Under the pieces are notes generated by a model. The model was not told where the DNA came from, ran no database searches, and worked only from the letters and a program-made list of their open reading frames with translations. Of a stretch of DNA of 64,000 nt, positions 8,271-16,752 are shown in pieces. Origin of the DNA: a virus (lineage: Duplodnaviria; Caudoviricetes); the IMG/VR virus record IMGVR_UViG_3300029305_004678, positions 32,001 to 96,000 of that record; one strand, given 5' to 3'. Both the position numbers and the translations under genes were made by a program. How positions within the stretch are numbered: position 1 is the stretch's first letter; each line of letters starts with the position of its first letter.

Positions 8271-10818
8271 TATGCTAGACAAAGAATTCATGGTATCCAG
8301 CTATATAAGTGGATCTAAGAACTTGAATAAAATAAATGCATCTAGTATTAGTGATGCTATTAATTGGTCTAATGATGCTATGCGTACTATTATTATTCCT
8401 ACGGAAGATCTTCAAGATCTAGAAGATCAGTGGATTAAATTTAATAGTATGATTAAGAAGCATCGTAGAGAATCTGACTGGAAGAGTATAGAGCTCTTCG
8501 GAATTACAAATCAAGATCATTATGAGATGATTAAGTCTAATCTACTTAAAAGAGATATAGATAATGAGATAGAAGATGGTGAATACCTAGTCACAGATGG
8601 GGGCTTTTCTCTTAGTGAGGGCGCTATCGATTTAGACTATACCGGTTCTTACTATGACTCAAATACACTTAATTATACAAGCTCAGATGTTGAGAAAGCT
8701 ATTAAGTGGGGAGAAGAGAGTTCTCGTATAATCATAACCCCTACTAGAAATCTTGAAGAGTTAGAATCTCTTTGGGATGCTTATAATGGTATGATTAAAA
8801 AGCATCGTAGAGAATCTGACTGGATGAGTCTAGAAGTATTTGGCGTCACAAATTTAAAACATTATGAGTATTTGAAATCCCAATTTTTACGTCAGGATAT
8901 CAGATCTAATGATGTTGATATGTATAGTGTGATCGAGAGTGGCAATATTGTTGGAGATTCTATAGAGCTTACTAGAGATTATCTTAAGGAATCTTGCAAG
9001 AATTCTCCTGGTATATCTATTGCTAATAAGCTACTATCTATATGCCTTGTTGATAAAGGTATATATGAGAATATGATTACAGACAATGTAATATCGGATG
9101 TGTTAGATACTTATGATGGAATAGTATCCAATATACCTAGTGCAGATATTGTTCATGGTGATATGCCGGCTATAACTCCTGATGAAGCTATAGATTCTGG
9201 AGTATTTGCTGATATTCCTAGTAATAATTTCTATGGAGTTCTTGCAGATAATAAAATGCTAACAGATGAAATTTCTGTTGCAGAGTGGTTTGAAATGTAT
9301 AAAGCTCATATTGATGGATTTTATACAGAATTCTCTACTTATATGCCAGCATGGATTCAGAAAGTTAGAGAGCTTACATTTGGATTAAAAGTGCTAGAAT
9401 CCTCTGAAAATGATAATGCTATTGCTGCAAGAAAGCAATCTATACTTGAGCTTTGTTGGAATCCTGATATTCCTTTTGAAAATAAAGAGCGCCTTATGGC
9501 TAAAGCTAGAATGGAATATTATATAAAAGAAAATTCTTCTAATACTAGATTTATAGATTTAAGAGGTATGATTTCTACGAGAAATGCTCCTCTTATTGAA
9601 TCTGCTTCTTCTAAGAATCTTAAACCTGTATATGTGATTCTCACTGAAGGAAAGAGACTCATTTCCAAGGCTATCAAGGCAGTCACTAAAGATATATATT
9701 CTCATATATCTATATCCTTCGATTATACATTAAAGAAAATGTATAGCTATGGCATAGACCAGTCTCCTAATGGAATAAAGGGAGGCTTTATTGAAGAGAA
9801 TATAGACAAGGTTCCTTTAGGATGCAGGATTAGAGTATATACTTTCTTCCTAAAGCCTAATGATTATAATGCTATTGTAAATATGGTAGCAGATCTGGAA
9901 TCTAAGGCTACGCAGACGAGATATTCTTATAAGAATCTATTTACTTACTTATTCAATATCCCATATAATAATGATTTGAATATGGTATGTTCTCAGTTTG
10001 TAGATAGATGTCTTAAGCTGTGTAATATAGATCTTACGCATAAAGATTCTTCTTTGGTATCTCCTCATGATATTAAAGATGCTATGAAAGCCAATAGAAG
10101 CATATTTACAATCTACGAAGGACTTGCTACCAAGTATGATTCAGAACAGGTTAAAAAGACTATTAATTCTTTAGTAGATACAGCTAAGCCTATTAAAGAA
10201 TCTATTAGAAGATATACACCTAGAGAATATATACATGAAGTGGTTAGTTCTGCTGGAGATATAGACAAGCTTAATATGCTTAGGCCTTATCTCGAATCTG
10301 TATTAAATAAAAATTCTGTAGAATATAAAGTGCTTAAAAATATGGTATTTATATCTACAGAAGCTGTAGTATATTGTGAGACCAAAGAGTTTCCTGTGCA
10401 ATTCGATAAAGATGGAAATATGCTTTTGAAGAATATCAAGTCTATCGATTATGATGAGGAATACAGAAAGTCTCATAATCTACTTAAAGAATATTATAAA
10501 AATGAAAATACTGTAGGTATGAAATATGAACTAGCAAAACTTTGGATGATTCTCTGTATTATTGAAAATAGAGTCCATTCTAAGAAGTTTATTAGCATGC
10601 CTGTAGAAGATCAGATAGCTTCTAATGAATATAAAGCTAAGTCTAAGATTATGAATGACTTTAAGCATTATATGAAGAAGCTTTTAGAACTAGAACCCGA
10701 ATTTAATTTTAGCGAGTATTTTGAAAATAGCCCTTTCAGTAGTGCAACTATTAAACTGAGAGCGACTACAGTAGAAACAGTTGCTAAACTTTTAAAGGGT
10801 TTTATTAGAAGGATTTAA
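8263..10818 (+). CDS. Probable virion protein with duplicated N-terminal module and permuted papain-like (NlpC/P60, YiiX-type) domain
   Basis: YSHISISFD precedes MVCSQFVDRCL and VSPHDI (His before Cys); two IKKHRRESDW repeats. Confidence 0.7.
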   Translation: MPNMLDKEFMVSSYISGSKNLNKINASSISDAINWSNDAMRTIIIPTEDLQDLEDQWIKFNSMIKKHRRESDWKSIELFGITNQDHYEMIKSNLLKRDIDNEIEDGEYLVTDGGFSLSEGAIDLDYTGSYYDSNTLNYTSSDVEKAIKWGEESSRIIITPTRNLEELESLWDAYNGMIKKHRRESDWMSLEVFGVTNLKHYEYLKSQFLRQDIRSNDVDMYSVIESGNIVGDSIELTRDYLKESCKNSPGISIANKLLSICLVDKGIYENMITDNVISDVLDTYDGIVSNIPSADIVHGDMPAITPDEAIDSGVFADIPSNNFYGVLADNKMLTDEISVAEWFEMYKAHIDGFYTEFSTYMPAWIQKVRELTFGLKVLESSENDNAIAARKQSILELCWNPDIPFENKERLMAKARMEYYIKENSSNTRFIDLRGMISTRNAPLIESASSKNLKPVYVILTEGKRLISKAIKAVTKDIYSHISISFDYTLKKMYSYGIDQSPNGIKGGFIEENIDKVPLGCRIRVYTFFLKPNDYNAIVNMVADLESKATQTRYSYKNLFTYLFNIPYNNDLNMVCSQFVDRCLKLCNIDLTHKDSSLVSPHDIKDAMKANRSIFTIYEGLATKYDSEQVKKTINSLVDTAKPIKESIRRYTPREYIHEVVSSAGDIDKLNMLRPYLESVLNKNSVEYKVLKNMVFISTEAVVYCETKEFPVQFDKDGNMLLKNIKSIDYDEEYRKSHNLLKEYYKNENTVGMKYELAKLWMILCIIENRVHSKKFISMPVEDQIASNEYKAKSKIMNDFKHYMKKLLELEPEFNFSEYFENSPFSSATIKLRATTVETVAKLLKGFIRRI

Positions 10819-10825
10819 TCATATA

Positions 10826-10860
10826 GGGGTGGAATATATTCCACCCCTCTTCCATTTTAT
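10826..10860 (+). terminator. Intrinsic terminator
   Basis: ggggtggaat/attccacccc. Confidence 0.75.
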
Positions 10861-10921
10861 TGTAAAACTATATGCTCTTAAACTTACTATTAAGAAATTT
10901 AAATAAATTGGAGGAAAAATC

Positions 10922-11935
10922 ATGTCATTATTTTCTAGAGATGGTATGCTTACCGGAACAGAAATTGAACGTAGGGTAAAGAAGGGCCACATCCAGATTA
11001 CTCCCTACGATCCTAAGTGTGTAAACCCCAATAGTTATAATTTAAAGCTTCACCCTCAGCTTCTTATTTATAAGAGAGATGCTGAGAGAGCAAATATTAC
11101 TCCCCATATCGCTAGGACATTTGAGAATACATCTATTAATATTTGTGATATGGTGCAGCATCAAGAAGGTGAAATTGGTATTGAAGTTGCTGATGCATCT
11201 AATATTTCTTATATTGATGAGCCTGCACGAAACAATGATGAAGGCGAAAACGTAAACACTGAATCTGTTCAAGAATCTGAAACTAAATATAGTGATTCTA
11301 ATAGTTCTGCTGATACAGAAATAAAGACTAGTTCCCATGGCATTAGTTTTATTACAGCCAATGTTATTACTGATAGATTTAAGGAGCTTGAGGGCGAATT
11401 TGATGAGAAGATAGACACTCTTGAAACCAAATGGAGCGGAGCATTCAATCAGCTTGGAGGTACTGTCGAGTATAATGACCGTAAGTCTCGTGAGAGAGAT
11501 GAAGAAATTAAATCTCTCCCTATTATTGATAGTAATTACTTACCTCCTCTCGATATGCATAAGAAAAATGAAACTATCGAGTTTGAGATTCCTGAAGAAG
11601 GATATGTCCTACAGCCTGGAGTTCTCTATATTGGTAGAACTGTAGAAAGAACTGCTACTGATAGATTTATCCCCATGATTAACGGTCGTTCTTCTGGCGG
11701 TAGATTAGGTATTTCTATACATATTTGTGCTGGTTTTGGAGATATCGGTTTTGATGGAACATGGACTCTTGAAATTACTGTGGTCGAACCCGTACGTATT
11801 TATCCTAATGAAGAAATTGCTCAAGTCTGTTTCTTTACCCCTGCAGGTAAAAAGGCAAAACTTTATAGAGGTAGATATTATAAACAGGAAGATGCTACAG
11901 CAAGTAGATTCTATCAGCCTAAAAAGGAGTATTGA
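10922..11935 (+). CDS. dcd: dCTP deaminase with ~155-aa internal insertion
   Basis: ITPYDPKCVNPNSYNLKL, GRSSGGRLG, AGFGDIGFDGTWTLEI, YRGRYYKQ. Confidence 0.9.
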   Translation: MSLFSRDGMLTGTEIERRVKKGHIQITPYDPKCVNPNSYNLKLHPQLLIYKRDAERANITPHIARTFENTSINICDMVQHQEGEIGIEVADASNISYIDEPARNNDEGENVNTESVQESETKYSDSNSSADTEIKTSSHGISFITANVITDRFKELEGEFDEKIDTLETKWSGAFNQLGGTVEYNDRKSRERDEEIKSLPIIDSNYLPPLDMHKKNETIEFEIPEEGYVLQPGVLYIGRTVERTATDRFIPMINGRSSGGRLGISIHICAGFGDIGFDGTWTLEITVVEPVRIYPNEEIAQVCFFTPAGKKAKLYRGRYYKQEDATASRFYQPKKEY

Positions 11936-11940
11936 TAATT

Positions 11941-12861
11941 ATGTCAACTCAACAGATTATTCGAGGTACTAAGTATTTTAGATATGAAGCTAATCAAGAT
12001 GAACCCGAAATTATTCGGGTTCGATCTTTTGATGAAGTTGCAAAGAAAATCGATTATTTCGATAAAGATAATAATAAGAAATCTATGACTTTAGATGAAT
12101 TGAAATCTAGATATAAGATGCTCAAGCCTGATGGATTGTTAAATGTAACTATCGCAAAGGTTGGCATCGGATCTGATGTAATTACATCAGTCGTATCTTA
12201 TGATGATAGAACTGCAGATCTTCCATTTGCGGTTTGTCGTCAATGTATTTATGATATCTTTACAAATATGACATCCAGAATGAACAAAACTATTCTAGGA
12301 CTATCAATCAATAAAGATTCTTGTCCTAGCAATATTGATTTTAAAGATATTTTTGTATGCGAAGGTATTAAAGAGACCGCAACTATTATGGTATATCTAG
12401 ATGATGTACTTGACGACATTCTTAGGTATTTGAATGTCAAAAAATACGATACAGTTTTGAGAAACACTGCAGGCCAGATTAGAGCGAATTACGTGACATA
12501 CCCCGACTCTGGATTATGCGAAACTTATAAGGAATTACTTGAAATTAATAATTTCATGTATGATTTTAGAAAGTGTTTTGGTATAGTAGAATTACCGTAC
12601 CACATTGAAGGTAAAGATGGTTATGGTGATTTAGATCACCTTACTTTCAATAATGTTGTATTCTTAGAAGATATCATAAAGAGAAATATCATGGCCACAT
12701 ATGTGGTGAAATATACTAGAGAGATTGATTTGAAGACAATTAAACGAGATTATATCTTAGTAACTTCTGCTGCCGAGAATCATAAGAATGTGTATATTGT
12801 TGGATATGATATGTCTGATAACGAATATATACCGCAAGTTCGGTTACACCCAGAATCATGA
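11941..12861 (+). CDS. Hypothetical protein
   Basis: 306-aa ORF with AAGGAG RBS. Confidence 0.75.
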   Translation: MSTQQIIRGTKYFRYEANQDEPEIIRVRSFDEVAKKIDYFDKDNNKKSMTLDELKSRYKMLKPDGLLNVTIAKVGIGSDVITSVVSYDDRTADLPFAVCRQCIYDIFTNMTSRMNKTILGLSINKDSCPSNIDFKDIFVCEGIKETATIMVYLDDVLDDILRYLNVKKYDTVLRNTAGQIRANYVTYPDSGLCETYKELLEINNFMYDFRKCFGIVELPYHIEGKDGYGDLDHLTFNNVVFLEDIIKRNIMATYVVKYTREIDLKTIKRDYILVTSAAENHKNVYIVGYDMSDNEYIPQVRLHPES

Positions 12862-12919
12862 TCTAATATATTCTTCAATAATAGTATTAAAAACAATCTG
12901 TTAAACTATTTATTAGGCA

Positions 12920-12927
12920 TATATTAT
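12920..12927 (+). promoter_or_regulatory. Early promoter YATATTAT; also 553(-), 1510(-), 24519(-), 51728(+), variant TATAGTAT 48638(-)
   Basis: Upstream of non-structural genes, usually followed by N4-RTR; resembles AR9 and phiKZ early motifs. Confidence 0.65.
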
Positions 12928-13009
12928 ACTCATGAGTTCAAGATACTAATTTACAGTGTCTTTAACAATTTTGTAATCAAATTTTATTTTAGAAAAGGAG
13001 CTACCAATT

Positions 13010-13771
13010 ATGAGCGAACAGAAATTGAATCCCCAGATTGAAACAAAGGATAAGCTGCGTATTAAGTTGCCCCAGAATCTCGAATTTACCGGCGACCTGA
13101 AGACCCAGCTGATCACCACAATCGATATGGCCGAGCTGATCGGTGAGATGTTCTCCGCTGTTATGCCCGACTATTATGGCTGCCGTATTCGTATCAATGA
13201 CGGCCGCGTGGACAATGGTTATCCCAATATCTCTGGTACTATGGAATTCGGCTCCCTGTATGCCGACCTGTATCTGAAGGATAGCAAGGGTAATTCTGAT
13301 GTCAAGAACCTGAAGCGCAATGGCGAAGCACCTGTTGCAGAAAATGGCGATAAGAAGCCTTCTCTGAGCTCTCGTTTCGTCAGTGTCGTTGGTGCACAGA
13401 GCAATCGTGCATTCACTGTTACTCCCGAGACCTATGAGATTCTCGAAGAGTTCATGCCTATGGGTGCACGTACCCGTTGGGCAGATCACACTGCTGAGAT
13501 CTTTACCCAGATCAATGCTCCCTATGGCCAGAATGAGGTTGTCGTTGTCATTTCCGGTCTGAGCCTGAATGCTCTGATCACCAAGATGTACGGCAAGAAG
13601 ACTGAAGAAGGCCAGTTTGAGTACATGGCTACTGCCAGCACTGCACTTCCCTATCGTAGCACTGAATTCATTATGCAGGTTGCTCAGCTGAATGCGGATA
13701 CTGTGCGTAAGCTGCAGCGTACTCTGGGTGTGTATACCCCCAATACTTCTATTCACACCTATAATCGATAA
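13010..13771 (+). CDS. Probably highly expressed early protein of unknown function
   Basis: TATATTAT promoter at 12920; strong C-ending and CTG codon bias; terminator downstream. Confidence 0.75.
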   Translation: MSEQKLNPQIETKDKLRIKLPQNLEFTGDLKTQLITTIDMAELIGEMFSAVMPDYYGCRIRINDGRVDNGYPNISGTMEFGSLYADLYLKDSKGNSDVKNLKRNGEAPVAENGDKKPSLSSRFVSVVGAQSNRAFTVTPETYEILEEFMPMGARTRWADHTAEIFTQINAPYGQNEVVVVISGLSLNALITKMYGKKTEEGQFEYMATASTALPYRSTEFIMQVAQLNADTVRKLQRTLGVYTPNTSIHTYNR

Positions 13772-13837
13772 CTGAAAAATCTATAAGTAAATCAATAGTT
13801 GTTTATTTATAAGCAGCATTGATTTACTTGAGATAAA

Positions 13838-13880
13838 GAAAGAAGGCGTGGAGTCCCGTATCTCCACGCCTTTCTTTTTT
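13838..13880 (+). terminator. Intrinsic terminator
   Basis: aaggcgtggag/ctccacgcctt plus T-tract. Confidence 0.8.
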
Positions 13881-13900
13881 AACAAGGAGGACTTCAAACA

Positions 13901-14308
13901 ATGGCTAAAGAATTACAACTCGAAATAGATCCATCTATAGATGAAGTTATTGACGAAGTTCCCGGCAGTAGCTTTATCGCATTAAGAAAGTTAAGATGGT
14001 CTCCAACATCTAATTTTAAATTAGATATTCGTAGATGGTATACTAGCAGTACTGGAGAAGAAATTGCTGGTAAAGGCGTATCATTTATGACAGAGCAAGG
14101 TCCGGATAATTTGATCCAGGCACTTCTTTCACATGGGTATGGAGATACAAGAAAAACTCTCGATGGTATTAAAAATAGGCCTGACTTCTTGGAAAATGTA
14201 AAAGATATCTTAGAAGAAAAGGAATCTGAACTCGGGAGTTTAATTATTGAACGTTCTGTACAACCTAAAGTAGAAGAACTCTTCTATGATCCTAAATCAA
14301 TTCTGTAA
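13901..14308 (+). CDS. PC4/YdbC-like ssDNA-binding protein
   Basis: LRWS...KLDIRRW...GKGVSF signature. Confidence 0.75.
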   Translation: MAKELQLEIDPSIDEVIDEVPGSSFIALRKLRWSPTSNFKLDIRRWYTSSTGEEIAGKGVSFMTEQGPDNLIQALLSHGYGDTRKTLDGIKNRPDFLENVKDILEEKESELGSLIIERSVQPKVEELFYDPKSIL

Positions 14309-14323
14309 AGGGGTGTAGTTCTT

Positions 14324-15421
14324 ATGAACGAAACTCTTATAGCAGATATCTTATACGGAAGCTATATAAGATATGACAGAATGTATGAGATGACTAAGTT
14401 TGCATTCTATGGTCGGACTGACAGTAATATGGTCAATGTCTATATAGACGCTTATTCATTCATACGCGGAATATTTAAGCGTGGAAATTCAATTCAAGTG
14501 GATGATTCGTTTTCCATTGCATCTTGTTTAATAAATCTTGCAATCCACATAAGAGCATATTTCGAATCAAGGCATAGAGTTTCTAGTAAAGTATATATTA
14601 TATATGGAGGAGCTAGACCAAGAGAAGCATTAAATTTGTTCCCCAGATATAACGAAAAAAATATATTAATGGAAGACTCTAACTCATTCTTACAAAATCT
14701 CATAAAAGATAATCTAGAGATTACACAATTGCTTTGTCAATATCTGTATGATATCTTTTGTATCGTAAATTTCGAGAATGAGTTTAATGTTATGGCATCC
14801 TATATAATGGATCTTAATGCCAAAGAAAATAAATCGAATATAACTATACCTAGTATAGTGTATAGCAAAGATCAATTGAGCTACCAATTAGTAGCATTCA
14901 AGCCATATACATTTCTATATAGACCGACAAAAAGTATGTCTCAAGATAATTCTTGGGTAGTTACAAAAAGCACATTATTTGCCGCATATAGAAATGGAGA
15001 ATTAAAGCTTTCAAAAGATATCCCAACGCAGTTGGATGTAAAAATGATAAGCTTATATCAGGCCATTTGTGGAGTAAGAACTAGAAGTTTTAATTCCATA
15101 CTAAATGCTAATCAAGCTCTTGTGTTGCTGGAAAGAGCAGTAAATGAAAATATATTGGCTAATGGCTATAACGCTAATTCCATTCTGTATATGCCTAATA
15201 CTTTGGAGCGTTTAGTTTCTCTTTCTCCTTCACTAAATGGAGAGATTATTAAATCTAGATTTGCTGCATTAGATCTCCCGTATCAGGAATCCATGAGATC
15301 CACTCAATTAGAGTGTATGAATATTGCAACAAATCTCGTAAATCTATATAATCCTCAAGAAATAAGAAACTTAAACGATCAATATTTCCGTAAGTACCCT
15401 TTAGACCTAAACAGAGTGTAA
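14324..15421 (+). CDS. Divergent 5'-3' exonuclease / flap-nuclease-like protein
   Basis: VNVYIDAYS start, size, YSKD; several catalytic acidic residues look altered. Confidence 0.4.
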   Translation: MNETLIADILYGSYIRYDRMYEMTKFAFYGRTDSNMVNVYIDAYSFIRGIFKRGNSIQVDDSFSIASCLINLAIHIRAYFESRHRVSSKVYIIYGGARPREALNLFPRYNEKNILMEDSNSFLQNLIKDNLEITQLLCQYLYDIFCIVNFENEFNVMASYIMDLNAKENKSNITIPSIVYSKDQLSYQLVAFKPYTFLYRPTKSMSQDNSWVVTKSTLFAAYRNGELKLSKDIPTQLDVKMISLYQAICGVRTRSFNSILNANQALVLLERAVNENILANGYNANSILYMPNTLERLVSLSPSLNGEIIKSRFAALDLPYQESMRSTQLECMNIATNLVNLYNPQEIRNLNDQYFRKYPLDLNRV

Positions 15422-15491
15422 ATCATAGATGCTTTAACATAAAGGTAGTGGATGGATCACTACCTTTATTTTTTTTTTCGAGGTGATTAAA

Positions 15492-16709
15492 ATGGCACCA
15501 CTAGATCAATATAATTCTTTGAATACTGCTAATAGTTATGGATATCAGGCATCTTTAAAATTTATATTTACAGATGGTACTATATATGATCTAGCATCTG
15601 ATAATATAATGAGTATTGTCATAGATAGTGATTATATAGGCAATAATATGCCTATGGTATTTGCAACCATTCATACAGAAGATGGCCTTCTTGATAAAAT
15701 TGTTCAAGAACAAGATACAGCTATTGCTATCTTAGATCTTAAGAAAAGAATATTTAATGATAATATAGATGGTTTTTTCACAGATTATATTTCTGGTAAA
15801 TTCATATATATTGTTTCTGAAGATACAAATAAAGATTTGGGTTTAGATAATGATGAAGTGGATAATGAATATGATACATTCACTATTGGTCTTTTAAACC
15901 TAGATCATGTAAATAAAAATAAACGAGATATAAATTGTGTAGTTAATGGCAAGCTCAGTTCTGTACTATACTATATTACTAGCCACCTTCCTATAGTTAT
16001 AGAACCGCCTAAAAATAATATAACTCTCACCAATCAATTTATTCCTCCAATGAATAGCGTTTCTAAAGCTCTATCCTATCTCAATAATATTTCTGTATTT
16101 TATCCTACTAGATATAGATTTTTCATTGATTTTGATTGTAGCTATTTAATATCATCTTCTGGAAAGGCAGTCCAGAAACAGGGTGAATTGGTAACTACAG
16201 TTATGATCAAATTGAAAAATAGCGTTCAGGAAGGTATTAAAGAGGGAGGTATGTGGGTAGATCCAAAAGAATCAATGTATGTCGTTGAAGTGGATGGATC
16301 TGATGTTGAGTTGTATGATAACCATGTGGCTCCCAGAAGTTATACAAAGATAAATGCTACAGATTCAAGTGGAACAAGGAGTAATGCCACTTTAAATTAT
16401 TCAGATTCTCTCGGCCCAGTTAAAGCAAAGAGTAGAAATATTAGAATTCATAACGATAATGCTGGAATGTTAAGTAACATTTCTAATAGGTTAGAATCTG
16501 GAAAAGTGCAGCTCATGATTCAAAAAACTGATACAGATTCTTCTATATTTACTTTAAATAAAGAATACATGGTACGCGCTGAAGAAGTTTATGATACTGA
16601 TAAATACGATGGACGCTATATCTTGGTCAATAAGAGGGAACTCTATATTAAAAATGGCGATACTATGAGAATGAATGTAATGCTACTACTGGAGAAATCT
16701 CCAGTTTAA
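15492..16709 (+). CDS. Baseplate hub / tail structural protein (gp27-like)
   Basis: Late promoter; beta-rich; DGRYIL near C-terminus. Confidence 0.45.
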   Translation: MAPLDQYNSLNTANSYGYQASLKFIFTDGTIYDLASDNIMSIVIDSDYIGNNMPMVFATIHTEDGLLDKIVQEQDTAIAILDLKKRIFNDNIDGFFTDYISGKFIYIVSEDTNKDLGLDNDEVDNEYDTFTIGLLNLDHVNKNKRDINCVVNGKLSSVLYYITSHLPIVIEPPKNNITLTNQFIPPMNSVSKALSYLNNISVFYPTRYRFFIDFDCSYLISSSGKAVQKQGELVTTVMIKLKNSVQEGIKEGGMWVDPKESMYVVEVDGSDVELYDNHVAPRSYTKINATDSSGTRSNATLNYSDSLGPVKAKSRNIRIHNDNAGMLSNISNRLESGKVQLMIQKTDTDSSIFTLNKEYMVRAEEVYDTDKYDGRYILVNKRELYIKNGDTMRMNVMLLLEKSPV

Positions 16710-16714
16710 AATAT

Positions 16715-16744
16715 TACGAGTAGGACTTTTATGTCCTACTCGTA
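16715..16744. terminator. Bidirectional terminator between convergent genes
   Basis: tacgagtaggac/gtcctactcgta. Confidence 0.8.
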
Positions 16745-16752
16745 TCTGTTTG

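Noticed and set aside
11070-11535. Intein or intron in dcd
   Set aside because: No Cys/Ser start with His-Asn end, no LAGLIDADG motif, frame continuous
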